This document shows positions 44,048 to 56,330 of a DNA stretch of 64,000 bases, piece after piece. The stretch comes from an uncultured Planctomycetaceae bacterium (GTDB lineage Bacteria > Planctomycetota > Planctomycetia > Pirellulales > PALSA-1355). A program made the position numbers and the translations under genes. The first letter of the stretch is position 1, and every line of letters starts with the position of its first letter. The DNA lies in NCBI GenBank assembly GCA_963785305.1, contig CAWAUV010000007.1, positions 1 to 64,000 of the forward strand, read 5' to 3'. The notes beneath the pieces are model-generated. The model was not told the origin of the DNA, did not search any database, and was given only the letters and a program-made list of their open reading frames with translations.

Positions 44048-45968
44048 ATTTTCCAGACCACTTCGCCACGGCTTGGGCCGGGGGCATTCCGTAGGCCTGC
44101 GTGAAGGCGGCCTCGAATGGGGTTTTCGCTTTCAGCGCAGTCATCAGCTTCTGATAGCGGCCGGCGTCGGACAGCAATTGCTTGACGAACATATAAGCTA
44201 TCGCGTCGTTGTCGGGCCCCGAGCCCGTGAGAAAACCCTCGGGCTTGACGCCCGAGGCGACCGCCTCGCGGGCGATATCCTCCCACTGCTTATAGCGCGT
44301 GTCTTTCGGGTCGAGCCGGGCGGCGAGATTGCGGGCCGAACCTTCGGCGAACCAGCGCGGCATGTGCCCCTGGTTGGCCACCATGATTCCTGCAAGCTGT
44401 TGACCGATCAGGGCCGAATACGAATATTCCTTGTTCTTGGGCGGCACGGCGCAGATATAGGCGTCGACCGTCGTATACCGCCAATGCGCTCGCAATTCGG
44501 GCGGCAGCTCGCGGCCTTCGAGCATGCGCCCCACTTCGCCGTAGTCATACTTCTTGTCGAAGACGAAGATCGTGGTGCGGCCCTTAATCAGCGGGCCGGT
44601 GGGCAGCTTCATCATCTTCTGCAATTTGGCGCCCTGCTCCTCGGCGATACGGGCCGTTTCTTGCAGGCTCTCCTTGCCCGTGTTGCCGAAGACGATGAAA
44701 TTGTCGGACTCAAAGCGATCGTCGCCGCCATCGGGCAGCACGAGCTTCCAATTATGCGCGCCGAGATCGCTTCGCTCCTTGGCGAGCTGTTCCGGCGTAA
44801 TGTGCTCGGCATGAGCGATGGCGGCCACCTCGCCCACCGGCGAGGCGACATCGTAGCCATCGAACCTCGCGCCTTCGGCCACCCATTTTTCGAATTTCGC
44901 GATCACATCGGGCGAGAGCGGCGGAGCGTCTTTCGGCATCCGCACTCCGTCCTTGGCGGTGCCCCGGATTTTCGCGATCATCAGGCTCTGATCCGGCTTG
45001 CCGGCCGAGACCGCCTCGCCGCTTTCGCCGCCCTTGAGCACTCCCTTGAACGTGTCCATGTCATAGCGGGCACGCGGCTGGCGGCCTTCGCCATGGCAGC
45101 CATAGCACTGCGAGACCAACACGGGCGCGATATCGAGGGCAAACGAGACCGTTTCCTTGCCGGTGGCCATCGCCACTTGCACCTTGTCCATTGACATGCC
45201 GTCGCGCTGGGCGGCAATCAAGTTCGGGTCGGCGATGTTCGCGTCGGGATTCGAACCGTCGAACTTGGCGCCTTCGTCGATCCATTTCGAGAGCATCGCG
45301 AGCTGTTCGGGCGACACCTTACCGCCGCCGCGCGGCATATCGCCCGAGCGAATCACTTCCACGATTCGACTGCCGTCGCTGCTTTTGGGCGAAATCACGA
45401 TGCCGTCTTTCGAGCCTTTCATCAGCGCGGTAAAGCTGACGAAATTAAATTCGCCCTTGCTGCCGCGGACATGGCAATTGCCGCATTTCTCCACGAGCAT
45501 CGGCGCCACTTGCTTTGAAAAGCTCACGCCGCCGGAGACACCGCCGGCGGTTTTGCCCCCGGTCGCGGGGCCTGAGTCAGCGGCCATGGCCGGCGCCGGC
45601 GGCAGGGCATCGAGCTTCACGCCCTGGAGCTCAAGGTCGCCATGCAGCATTTCCAACTGCGGATACAGCCCGGCCACGAGCTTCGCCCCCTCGGGATCGG
45701 AGCCCAATTCGGTGATCGCCGACTGGGCCTGCTTGAGCGCCGCGGCCGATTCCTTGTACTTTTTCGACTTGTTCAGACCTTGCGCTCGTTTCAACGCGCT
45801 TTCGGCGACTCGGGCCTTGGTGCGCTGCTGACTCGTGGGCGCCGCATGGGCCGGGCCGGCCGAAAACACCGCCAGGGCCAAGGCGATCGCCAGCAAGCTG
45901 CCTAAAACACGTCGCAAAAGAGCGCCCGATAGTCGGGCCGCCGCCGGCTCGATTGTCCGCTTGGTCAT
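44046..45968 (-). CDS. Secreted protein with two Planctomycete cytochrome c domains
   Basis: Signal peptide; CGNCH and CYGCH, each followed by MP...W..EGA. Confidence 0.85.
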   Translation of the reverse strand: MTKRTIEPAAARLSGALLRRVLGSLLAIALALAVFSAGPAHAAPTSQQRTKARVAESALKRAQGLNKSKKYKESAAALKQAQSAITELGSDPEGAKLVAGLYPQLEMLHGDLELQGVKLDALPPAPAMAADSGPATGGKTAGGVSGGVSFSKQVAPMLVEKCGNCHVRGSKGEFNFVSFTALMKGSKDGIVISPKSSDGSRIVEVIRSGDMPRGGGKVSPEQLAMLSKWIDEGAKFDGSNPDANIADPNLIAAQRDGMSMDKVQVAMATGKETVSFALDIAPVLVSQCYGCHGEGRQPRARYDMDTFKGVLKGGESGEAVSAGKPDQSLMIAKIRGTAKDGVRMPKDAPPLSPDVIAKFEKWVAEGARFDGYDVASPVGEVAAIAHAEHITPEQLAKERSDLGAHNWKLVLPDGGDDRFESDNFIVFGNTGKESLQETARIAEEQGAKLQKMMKLPTGPLIKGRTTIFVFDKKYDYGEVGRMLEGRELPPELRAHWRYTTVDAYICAVPPKNKEYSYSALIGQQLAGIMVANQGHMPRWFAEGSARNLAARLDPKDTRYKQWEDIAREAVASGVKPEGFLTGSGPDNDAIAYMFVKQLLSDAGRYQKLMTALKAKTPFEAAFTQAYGMPPAQAVAKWSGK

Positions 45969-46135
45969 GGGTTTTTGCCTTGAACGGTTCCGAGACAAGA
46001 AACGCGGCGCACGAGCGGCGCCAAGAACGCATCAAAACGATTCGCGGATTATACCCAAATTTATTCGCGCCATGGGCCGGTCGGGACTAAAATTGGCGGA
46101 AAATGCTCCCCCCGCGGCCCGGCGGCGCCCGGCGG

Positions 46136-46852
46136 TCAGGCGAGCCGCTGGCCGCGTTTGTCGTGGCGGCGGCGCTCGACCACCCGGACCGGCTCGAGCC
46201 GGCGGCTCTTTTTATAACCGTATTGAATCGCGAACCACTCGGCGAAACGCTCGCGGTCGCGATAACCATCGTTGCGCGTGTCGACCAAGTGGCCGAGCTC
46301 ATGGATCAGAATATTGTTCAGGTAGAAATCGCGAATGGCCGCTTCGGTCCAGACCAGTCGCCAGCCGCCCGGCGCTTGCTCCCAGCGTCCGCCATACATG
46401 CGGGCTTCGGTCTGCTGGCTGGGCGTCGGGGCGCGGTCGTAGCGCTTGATCAGGTTTTCTTCGATCGGATACAGGTACAGGGCCGTGCCCCACTGCATGC
46501 CGTAGCAGGGAAACCGGTGCTTCTTCCGCGTCATGCGGCTGAACTGCACGATTTGCAAATCGCGGCAAAAAGCCGGCGGAAGTTCGGCCAGCCGCGCCCG
46601 TACATCATCGGGCGTGAGCACATGGCGGTAGCCGGCGCCCGGCGACTGAACGATCGTGCGGTAGCCGTCGTGCGCTTCGGCCGGTTCATGCCAGTCTTCG
46701 GGCGGAACAAAGGGCAGTTTGGGGGCGCGATCGAGCCCGCGAGCACGCGCGGTTACAAATAAGCTTCGCCGCCGCGCCGGTTTGGCAATGCGTGAAGAAT
46801 GTTGGGCTTGGGGAAATCGCCCGACGAAATTGAGTTCGTGCCGACGTTGCAT
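46136..46852 (-). CDS. Hypothetical protein with an HExxH zincin-like motif
   Basis: LIHELGHL...ERFAE. Confidence 0.6.
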   Translation of the reverse strand: MQRRHELNFVGRFPQAQHSSRIAKPARRRSLFVTARARGLDRAPKLPFVPPEDWHEPAEAHDGYRTIVQSPGAGYRHVLTPDDVRARLAELPPAFCRDLQIVQFSRMTRKKHRFPCYGMQWGTALYLYPIEENLIKRYDRAPTPSQQTEARMYGGRWEQAPGGWRLVWTEAAIRDFYLNNILIHELGHLVDTRNDGYRDRERFAEWFAIQYGYKKSRRLEPVRVVERRRHDKRGQRLA

Positions 46853-47245
46853 AATCCATGGACCTCTGAGCAAGGCTCATTGGCAGCACAGATCATTCCA
46901 TTGATGTCTCGCGAAGCCACTGGGGAGAGGCTAACCGCCTCGGGGCTCGCACAAGACGCAGGCTGCGTAAGAATCAGGAGGGGACACTGGCGCCGGCCAC
47001 GGTCTCGAGACCGGTCGCATCTCTCATCCATCGTACGCAGTAGCGAGGGGCGAATTCAAGGAATTATTGCAAGTCGCATTCAGGCAACGACTTACGACAA
47101 TCGCCACGGCCGAGAAATTGCATAAAACTGGGGGTTGACGGGGCGCCCGCATGTGACGCTAAATTTCGCTCCCCGGAGGCTTCGGCGCGCATTGAAGAAG
47201 CGCATGATCCCCTGGGTTCACGGCGCGGATGGCGCGGCGCGAGCG

Positions 47246-49205
47246 TCAAGGCGACGCCTTCGCGTCGGGCGCGTTTGGCTTGGCGGCGGGATTTGAAATC
47301 GCTTCGGGCTTGCCAGCGCCGTCGGGCTTGCCAGCGCCGTCGGGCTTGCCAGCGCCGTCGGGTTTCGAAGCGCCATCAGCCTTCGCGCTAGCGTCGGCCT
47401 TGGCGCCATCTTTGGCTGCTTGCGCGGTCTTGCTCTTGGGACTCGGCGCCTGAGCGGGCGGGGGCGTGGTTTGAATCCAATAGATCGCAATGCCGACCAT
47501 GACAAAGCAAGCCACGAGCGCCACGCCCACCACTCCCCAGAGCCAGGTCGGCAAAGGAGCGGAGCTTCCGCGGCGCTGGACGCGACTCGTCGCTCCGCCG
47601 GAGGCGGGCTTTGCTCCGCGGCCCGCGCCGGCGCTGCCCTTCGCGCTCTTCGTGGAATCGCCTTTCGAGCCGCCGGATTCGGCGCGACGCCCCGCCGGAA
47701 CGGAACGGCTGGATTTCGATACCCGCGAATCGGCCGCCGCGGGCGACGAGCCTTCTCCCGCGACTTCTTTCGCTTCCTTGCCACGGCGACCGGCGCCGCC
47801 GCTTGCCGCGCCGTGCGAGGGGCGGGTGGTGGCCTGATTGATGAAATCCAACACGCCGCCGGCCGCGTCGTCTTCGGCGCCTTCGCCGATTTGCTTGGCC
47901 GTGGGCAATCCGGCGCCGCGACCTTTAGACGAATCGCCCGACGGGCGGGGCTTGCCGCGGCCTTTGAATGTGTTTTGATTCGTGTCGGCGATCGTGTCGC
48001 CCATCGAGGAATCCTTGTCTTGGCCCCCATCGCGCCTTCCCGACGCACTTCCCGACGAGCTCCCCGAGCCGGAACCGCCCTTGCCCGAATCGCCGCCGCC
48101 CACGCGACGCGCGGTGGCCACCGCCATTTGCGCTCCCGAACCCGGCTGGCGAGCACGCGCCGACGCGGCGCCATTTCTGGCCAGCCAAGCTTGGAGCACG
48201 TTGGCGACTTCTTGCGCCGTCTGGGGCCGATCGCCCGGCTTCTTGGCGATCATCTTCATGCACAGGTCGACGATCGGGGCCGGCGCCTTCGGATTGAAGT
48301 TGTAAATGCTCGGCGGCATCTTGGTCTGATGCATCATCAGCCGTTGGGTCAGTGAGCCATCGGGAAACGGCGGTTGCCCGGTGAGCAGGAAATAGAGCGT
48401 GCAGCCGAGGCTGTAAATGTCGGCCCGATGGTCCACGCCATGGCTATTGAGCGCTTGTTCGGGCGGCAGGTAGTCGCCGGTGCCCAACACATTTTCGTCG
48501 TGGGCGATCGTGAGCGAAGCCATGTTCTCGTCGGAGAATTTGGCCAAGCCCATGTCGAGCACCTTGACGACGCCCTGCGGATCGACGAGCAGATTCGCGG
48601 GCTTGATATCGCGATGCACGAAGCCCTTGGCATGGGCATGCGCGAGGCCATTGGCGGCTTGCATCACATAGTTGGCCGCGTCGACCGCCGTGAGCGCGGC
48701 GCCACTCTTGACGAGCTGCTGCAAATCGCGCCCTTCGACATATTCCATCACGATGTAATGGTTATTGCCTTCGTTGTCGATGTCGAATGCCCGCACGATA
48801 TTCGCATGATCGAGCGCGGCGGCGGCCTGGGCTTCGAGCTTGAAACGCGCGAGATACGAGGAATCGTTTACCCGCTCGGAAGGCAATACCTTGATCGCCA
48901 CGCGGCGTTTCATCGTCACGTGTTCGGCCAAAAACACGCGGCTCATGCCGCCGGTGCCGAGATGGCCGAGCAATCGATATTTGCCGAGAAAAAATCCCTT
49001 GTGCCTGCCGAGCAAGAGCTTGTCGCACTGCCAGCGAGTGAGCAATCCCATTTCGCTGAGCCGCGCCGCGAAATGTTCGGCCGACTCGAGTTGTTCGGGA
49101 GTGGCGGCTTTACGAATTTCCGCCTGCGCGCTCAATCGCTTCGGGAGCGACCAAGTTGCTGAGCCGCACCACTTCGAGAAATTTTTCGACGGTGATTGTC
49201 GCCAT
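47246..49205 (-). CDS. Membrane Ser/Thr protein kinase; frameshift near 49140; KPDGAG repeats at 47304-47357
   Basis: GTGGMS, HRDIKPAN, DMGLA, Gly/Ser linker, TM helix. Confidence 0.9.
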
Positions 49206-49857
49206 GGTGTTCAGCCGAATCGGTCGGCGTCCGTCAGGCTCGTTCGCGGGAAAATCATTTTCCCGCGCGCTTCCGGCGTGAATCGTGCCGGCGGATAACT
49301 CTCACGCAATGGTTCGAGATGGGATTGCATACGGCGCTAGTACGGCATCGCGATGCACGATTGGCACCAAACCCTCGCTCACGGGGCTTCCATCCAACTT
49401 CGGTCTCCACGCCACTCGCGTCGCGAAGCTCGCCGACGGGTCGTCGCGGTAAGTTCCAATAGGCCAGCAATTTTCTCGGTATCTTTACATCAAGGACAAT
49501 ACCATGATTTACCAAAAAACGCCAGCGTCCCGAAAAATCGGCGGCGCCTTCCTCGCTTCCAATTATCCTCCCGACGCCGCGGCATTTGCAATGGCGCGTC
49601 CCCGGGTCGGCAGCCCGAAAAATCGAATCGCGACGCCCGTCGAGCCGCGCGCGGAGGCGTTCTCCCCGACCAGCTCGGCGGCGATTGACGCCCGAGGCTG
49701 GGCACGATAGCGTCAACAAGATCGTCGCGCGGCCGGCTCGCTTGGGAAAATGAGTCGCGCTTCCCGAATCTCGGCGTGGCTGCGATTCGCGAACACCGCT
49801 TCCACATAACTCGCGGCATTTCATCGGCCGCAATCTCGAGCGAGAGGGTAGTGTCGC

Positions 49858-50978
49858 ATGGACGATTGCCTGATCGTAGGCGCCGGAGCGATTGGGCTGT
49901 CGTTGGCCTATGTGCTTGCTGGCGAGGGCGCCCTCGTGCGAGTGCTCGACGCCGACGAGCCGGGCAAACAATCGTCTTGGGCCGGCGCGGGCATTCTCGC
50001 CCCCGGCCTGCCGCTATCGACCGAGCCCACCGATCGGCTCACGACCCTTAGCAACCGGCTCCACGCCGAATGGTCGCGCCGACCTGCGCGAGGCGACCGG
50101 CATCGACAACGGCTTCTACCCGTCGGGCGGCGTGTATCTGGCCCGCGACCCGGAGTCGCTCGATTCGCTCTCGCGCGAGGCCCGCCGTTGCGCACCGGCG
50201 GGGCCGAAGTAATCGAGGCGGGACCCGAAATGCTGGCCGAGGCCGAGCCGGCCTTGCGCTGGCGCCGCCGTCGTTGGCGACCTTTTTATTGCCCGAGGAA
50301 GCCCAGGTGCGGAATCCGCGGCATTTGAAAGCGCTCGTCGCCGCTTGCCGGGCGCGGGGCGTCGCAATCGAGCCGCGCCGGCCGGCGGTCGATTTCGAGC
50401 GGGCCGGCGATCGCATTACCGCGGTTGTCACTCCCGGCGGACGATTCACGGCCGACCGGTTTTGTCTGGCGGCCGGCAGTTGGAGCGGAGTCGTGGCCCA
50501 GCGGCTGGGATTCGCCCCCGCGATCAAACCGATCCGCGGTCAGATCGTGCTCTTGCAATGCGGCGCGTCGCCGATCCGCCGTGTCGTGAACGAGGGCAAG
50601 CGATACCTTGTGCCGCGCGACGACGGCCGGGTGCTCGTGGGATCGACGGAAGAAGATGTGGGGTTCGATAGCGAGCCGACCGCCGACGTGCGTCAGGACC
50701 TCTTCGCATTTGCCCGATCGCTTGCGCCGGAGTTGGGCGAGTCGACGATCGAGCGCTCGTGGGCCGGGCTGCGGCCCGCCTCGGGCGACGATCTGCCGTT
50801 TTTGGGACGCATTCCCGGCTGGGACAACATGTTCATCTCGGCCGGCCACTTTCGGCACGGCTTGCAATGGTCGCCCGGCTCGGCCGTGATTTTGGCCCGC
50901 TTGCTCGCGGGCCAAGCGGCGCCGTTCGACATCGCCGCTTTCGACCCCGCGCGACCGGCCGGGCAAGCCGGCACTTGA
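49858..50978 (+). CDS. thiO: Glycine oxidase ThiO-like FAD oxidoreductase; frameshifts
   Basis: GAGAIG, SWAGAGIL, PIRGQ, WAGLRP, GHFRHG. Confidence 0.75.
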
Positions 50979-51823
50979 TGGAAACATTCGCTTTACGAGG
51001 AAGGCAAACTCCGTTGCTCTGGCACACCGCGGCAGCCGTCGACACGCCGGCCACGATCGCCATTCTGGGCATCGGGCCCTTGGCGCTCGAGGCGGCTTTA
51101 TATGGTCGGTATCTCGGATACGATACGCGACTTTTCACCGTTGCCGACGACTCCGCCTCGCTGCCCGAGGACCGCGACCGACTCGGCCAACCGTTTGGCG
51201 CTTTGTGTTCGAAGCTCGGCTTGGCGGCGTTGCATGCGCAAGACGCTCGTTGGCGACCGCCGAATCCAGGCGACGCGATCACGGCCGAAACATGGCGAAC
51301 CGCCTATCTCGCGCCGCTTGCGGAGTCGGACCTGCTGATCGACATCGCCACGGCGCCACCCCGATTGACGCGAATCGTTCCACTCGCGGCCGAAGGGCCC
51401 GCGAATCTTGAGCACGAAGTCGACTCACCGGAACCGGACGCTTCCGATAGCGAGCACTCGATCGATGACGATTCGACCCACGACCCGGACGGCGAATCAT
51501 CCGCGGCGCCCGTTTCGAGTTGTTCGCATCGGCCGCTGGCGTGGAGGCCGAAGCTGCGCGTGTCCGTCCAGGTGATTATCGATGCGAGCCGATCAACGAC
51601 GGCGTCAGCCGAATGGGCTTCCGGCCCCATCGAACGGCAGCCTTTCGCCGGCGCGACGATCTCGCGCCGCGGGCCGCACTCCTACCTGATCGCCGCGGCG
51701 AGCGACGCGGAACCTGCGGCCGGCTTTCAACGGGGGCTCCAGGAAATTCGGGCCCTCTTCGCGCTCATCGGCGGCCGTGAAGCGCTCGATCTCGACGCGA
51801 CGATGGATCGCCTATTGCCTTGA
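50978..51823 (+). CDS. Hypothetical protein with an N-terminal Rossmann-like motif
   Basis: IAILGIGPLALEAALY; start overlaps the thiO stop. Confidence 0.5.
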   Translation: METFALRGRQTPLLWHTAAAVDTPATIAILGIGPLALEAALYGRYLGYDTRLFTVADDSASLPEDRDRLGQPFGALCSKLGLAALHAQDARWRPPNPGDAITAETWRTAYLAPLAESDLLIDIATAPPRLTRIVPLAAEGPANLEHEVDSPEPDASDSEHSIDDDSTHDPDGESSAAPVSSCSHRPLAWRPKLRVSVQVIIDASRSTTASAEWASGPIERQPFAGATISRRGPHSYLIAAASDAEPAAGFQRGLQEIRALFALIGGREALDLDATMDRLLP

Positions 51824-52022
51824 GGGCGCAATAATTATTCGCGCGCTAAGGAATTGCGATTTCTTTTCTTTTTCCGCGCGAGCGGATTGATTTCTCTTGC
51901 ACGGCGGGAGAACATAAAGGCGATACCACGTCTATCGCTTGTCTCCCCCCGCTCGTATCGCGCCCCAAACCGATCGCAAAACGATCGCGCTTTGACCTCT
52001 CTCCCCCCGGAAAAGCAAGGCG

Positions 52023-52460
52023 ATGAAACTCTCTCGCACCGTGGCATATGCTGTGCAAGCGACACTGCAGTTGGCCGAGTCCAATGCGTCGTCGCCGGTT
52101 CCATGCAGTCAGCTTGCCGCCGATGGCCACATGCCCGAACGCTTTCTGTTGCAGATTCTGCGGCATCTGGTGACGCATGGCATTTTGCATTCCACGCGGG
52201 GCGTCGAGGGCGGCTACTCGCTCGAGCGGCCGCCGGAACGGATTTCGCTGCTCGATCTGATCGAGGCGATCGATGGCCCGCTCCAGCCCGAGCTGCAAAC
52301 CGGCGAGAAGCAATCGCTCGCTTGCGAGTTCCGCTTGCGCGAGGCGTTGCAAGAGATCACCGATACGACGCGCCGCTATCTCGAATCGCTCAAGCTCTCG
52401 GACCTGATGCAGGTCGATCGCCCGCTCGCCGCCGACCATGGCGCGCCGGTCGACGGTTGA
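52023..52460 (+). CDS. Rrf2-family transcriptional regulator
   Basis: FLLQIL..L...GI..STRG..GGY.L...ISLLDLIEAIDG. Confidence 0.9.
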   Translation: MKLSRTVAYAVQATLQLAESNASSPVPCSQLAADGHMPERFLLQILRHLVTHGILHSTRGVEGGYSLERPPERISLLDLIEAIDGPLQPELQTGEKQSLACEFRLREALQEITDTTRRYLESLKLSDLMQVDRPLAADHGAPVDG

Positions 52461-52532
52461 CGCTCGAGCCGGTCGAGCCACGCCGCGCGAGCGACCCTTG
52501 GCAGCGGGCGCGACTCGCGGTAGCCTATCGCC

Positions 52533-53331
52533 ATGAGTCTCAGCGAGCTTGCGGATCGGTTGGATGTGGCATTGGCGAGCGCCCGCCGGGCAGGCGCTCA
52601 CCCTCGAATACTTCAACCAGGGTAACTACGCCGTCGAACAGAAGCACGACGCCACGCCGGTCACGATCGCCGACCGCCGGGCCGAGCAACTGCTTCGCGC
52701 CGAGCTGCTGGCCCGCTTTCCGGGCGACGGCGTGCTGGGCGAGGAGTTTCCCGAGCAGACCGGCACAAGCGGGTTTCGCTGGATCGTCGATCCGATCGAT
52801 GGCACCAAGTCATTCGTCACCGGCGTGCCATTATATGGAACCCTGATCGGCCTCGAACACAAAGGTCAGAGCGTGCTCGGCGTCATTCATCTGCCGGCCT
52901 TGTCGGAAACCGTTTGGGGTTCTCTGGGCCAAGGCGCCTGGCATGAGTGCGCGGGTCAATCGCCACGCCCCGCCAGGGTGTCGACGCGGAGCGAGCTAGC
53001 GCAAAGCGCTTTTTGCACCAGCGAGATCGCCACCTTCGCCAAACGGGGCAGCGCCGCGGCCTACGCCCGGCTCGAATCCGCGACTCGCATCGCCCGCACT
53101 TGGGGCGATTGCTATGGCTACGCGCTCGTGGCCACGGGACGGGCCGAAGTAATGGTCGATCCGATTATGAGCGTGTGGGATGCCGCCGCGCTGCAGCCGA
53201 TTCTCACCGCCGCCGGCGGCAAGTTCACCGACTGGCAAGGCCGCGAAACGATTCACGGCGGCGAGGGCGTCGCCACCAATGGTCTCGTGCATGCCCAAGT
53301 GCTCGCGTTGCTTCGCGGCGCTGGCGAATAG
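52533..53331 (+). CDS. hisN: Histidinol-phosphatase (inositol monophosphatase family); frameshift near 52580
   Basis: PVTIADR, GEE, DPIDGTKSF, WGDCYGY, WDAAA. Confidence 0.85.
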
Positions 53332-53333
53332 CG

Positions 53334-55094
53334 CTACTCCTTGATCGTGAATTCGAGCGACGACTGACCGATCTTCTGGCTCAGCGTGTCTTCGATCGTC
53401 AGTTGCAATGTGTAACGGCCCGAGTAGATGCGCTTGGGCAGCCACACATGATAGCGCATGAAGAAATCGCGGCGCTGATTCTGGCAATACTCCTCGGTCA
53501 CGTCGAACTCTTGCGAGTCGACCCGCGACCGCGCGGATCGAGCACTTGATAACTGCTGCGGAGCGCCGTGCGATAGCCCTTTTCGCCGCGCACGCTTTTG
53601 AAGTTGTCGACCTCGGCATAGAGCAGCACTTCCTGGCCGGCCTTGAATTCGAGCTTCTCAAACGGCTTATAAACACCGAAGCTGGTCACTTCGGTGCAAA
53701 ACGCCAAGCTCTTGACCGTGAGCGTGGCTTGCTCGCTAAGTCGGGCCGACGCCTCGCGCAACCGCTCGAGCGCTTCGGCGGCCCGGCGACTGGTTTCCGG
53801 ATTGCGCTCGGTGTCGAGATATGTCGCCAGTCCATAGACCTCCTGCGACCAGAAGTCTTGCTGGCTGGGGGAAATGCCGGCGATCGGCTTGAGCGCGTCG
53901 TCTTTGCGGGCCGCGAGCAGATACAGCATTCGCAGCGCCGCATGCCGGCCGACGTCGGCCTGCGATTCGGGCGGCTCGCGGTTGGCTTCTTCGAGGCGAT
54001 GGATGGCGGTCGTGAGCGTCGGGCGCCAATCGCGATCCTTGCCGGCCGCGTCGCCGCTCGGAGCATCGGATTCCGCCTCGGGCGAGTCGGCTTCGGCGAC
54101 GTCTTCCGCGCCGGTGTTTTGCTTGCCCGCCGCCGAGGATTTCGAAACGCGCGCGGCGGGCGTTCGAGCCGCTTTCCGAATCGGCCGGTTTTTCGTCGGA
54201 GTCGATCGCCACGACGCGCACATCGGAGTCGCTCTTGGCCGGATGCCCGTTGTGTTTCTTCTTGGCGAGCGCGCCGCCGCTTTGCCGCGCGGCGCCGGCG
54301 TCTCTGGCGAAGACTCCTCGCTCTCGGCGGCGGCGACTTCGGTCTTTGACGCGGCGGCGCTTGGGGCCGCGGGCTCATCGGCGGTTTGATCCGGCGCGTC
54401 CGCGGCGGCCGTGGCTTGCGATTCGGCGTCCGAGGCGGCCGAGGGCTTCGCTTTCGCGGCGACGGCGCTCCGCGGCGAGGGCGGGCGCTTGGGGGAAGTG
54501 TCGTCGTCGCCACGCGGCGCGGCTTCGGCCGCGGCGCGTTCGGCCATTTGCCTCGTGACCGAGCTCTTGAAATATTCGAGCAGCGAGGGCCACAAGCTCG
54601 GATCGGTCTGTTTCAGATCATCGACCAACCGACGTTGCGTGGCCGGGTCGAGCGCGCCGGCGGCTTGCAATTCGGCGATCACTTCGAGCAGCGCGGCCGG
54701 ATCGGGGCGATGCGAGGCGCGGGCGGGTGGCGGCGAATCTTTCGAGCCGGTCTCCGCCGCGTCGGTCGCCAGCGCTTGAGGCGGCCCTCCCGCGCCGGCG
54801 GCCGGGCCTATCGAGGTTCCGGCCGTGTTACTCGCCGCGCTATTGGAAGCGGGAGGCGCCGCCGCCGGACGAACCCACGGCGGGGGCGGCGACCGCATTC
54901 GTGGAAGCGCTGCTGTCGGAGGCTGGCGCCGCGAGGGTCGTCGCGGCGATTGTTCCCGCGCTGGCCGCGGCCGAGTGCGGTTGCTTGGCCGCGGCGCTCG
55001 TGTCGGCGGCGCGTTGTTTCGACATCGCCGCGCAACCCGCGGCGGCGGCGAGCCACGACAGCGACCACGCGGCGTTGTGAATCCATCGAGACAT
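53334..55094 (-). CDS. Hypothetical lipoprotein with low-complexity linkers; several frameshifts
   Basis: MSRWIHNAAWSLSWLAAAAGC lipobox-like start; C-terminal beta domain FCTEVTSFGVY...EFTIKE. Confidence 0.6.
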
Positions 55095-55422
55095 GCGCGG
55101 AGCCGGCCGCATGTGCGGTCCGAACCGGAGTTTTCTCTAAAACACGCGGAAACGCGACGATGTTGCCGAAGTTCCCGGGCGACTCGCCCGATTCACGAAA
55201 GCAACGCAATGCCGGGAGCGAAATCGGTTCGCACATCCCTCGAGATAAGACATTTACCCCTGTCGAGCCGGTGATGGGAGGCCCGAACGGCGGCGGATCG
55301 TAGAAAACATGCGCGATTTTGGCAAGGCGGATCGAATCGCGATGCCTGCGCGCCTGCGCCATGCGCGTAGGCGGTGGCGCCCGGGGGATTGCCCATATTG
55401 CTGGCATGGCGCCGCGCGGCGA

Positions 55423-56259
55423 TTAGTCGTGGCCGCGCCAGAATGCCGCTTCTTCGCCATCGAGCCGCAGGGTCAGGCACTTGGCGCTGCCGCCGGCTTT
55501 GACGAACTCATCGAGCGGTGTTTCTCGCGGCGTGAAGCCGAGCTTCGCGAGGTCGGCGTGCAGCTTGGGGCAGCCGGTGTTCGTCACCACGGCGCGGCCC
55601 ACGACGACGGCGTTGCAAGCAAACCGCCGGCTCTCGTCCTCTTCGACCGGAATCAAGGTTTCGACCAATTCTTCGAGCACGCGATGCCCGTAAGCGTCGA
55701 ACGCCCCGGGAAAATAGATCGCGGCGCCGGGCGCCAGCGGGCAGAAGCATGTATCAAGGTGGTAGTAGTAAGGATCGACCAGTTCGAGCGGAATCACGCG
55801 TGTCTTGAGCATCGAGCCGATCTGCTGATGGCCCCGCGCGTCGCTGCGGAGCCGATAGCCGGCAATGAGCGTGTCGCCCAGGAAGAGCGCGTCGCCCGCT
55901 CCCTCGAAAAAATGCCCCTCGGGCAGATGCACGACATGAAAACCATGCGCCGCGAGCCATGTTTCGTCGTGGGGCTCTTCGCCCTGGCGCTCGAAATGCC
56001 GGAATCGGGCCAGCACCGCCACATCGCGAAAGATGAGGGCCGCATTGGCCGTGAACACCAAGTCGGGCAGGCCCGGCATCGGCGGAAGGAGCGAGCACTC
56101 GACGCCGGCTTCTTCCAAGGTGAGCTTCAAATTTTGCCACTGCCGCGCGGCGAGCGCGTGATCGGCCGGTCGATCGCGGCTCATCCAAGCATTGATTTCG
56201 TATTCGATGCCGTAGTAGTCGGGCGGGCACATCAAAATATGCGGCTGCGGAACCGGCAT
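55423..56259 (-). CDS. Amidinotransferase/pentein-family protein (arginine dihydrolase-like)
   Basis: LMCPPDYY..EINAWM, DLVFTAN, FEGAGD, YHLDTCF, GGSAKC. Confidence 0.85.
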   Translation of the reverse strand: MPVPQPHILMCPPDYYGIEYEINAWMSRDRPADHALAARQWQNLKLTLEEAGVECSLLPPMPGLPDLVFTANAALIFRDVAVLARFRHFERQGEEPHDETWLAAHGFHVVHLPEGHFFEGAGDALFLGDTLIAGYRLRSDARGHQQIGSMLKTRVIPLELVDPYYYHLDTCFCPLAPGAAIYFPGAFDAYGHRVLEELVETLIPVEEDESRRFACNAVVVGRAVVTNTGCPKLHADLAKLGFTPRETPLDEFVKAGGSAKCLTLRLDGEEAAFWRGHD

Positions 56260-56330
56260 GCGCTAGTCCTTGACTCTCGTTCGCGGGCAAACATCCTCGG
56301 TCGACCGAAGCGGGGGGCTTCGTTGAAATT

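Noticed and set aside
47304..47357. 18-bp x3 repeat as a regulatory array
   Set aside because: It is in frame and encodes KPDGAG low-complexity repeats in the kinase tail.
49210..49850. Long intergenic regions (also 40550-41100 and 58750-59190) as ncRNA loci
   Set aside because: They lie between divergent genes and show no RNA family signature I can support.
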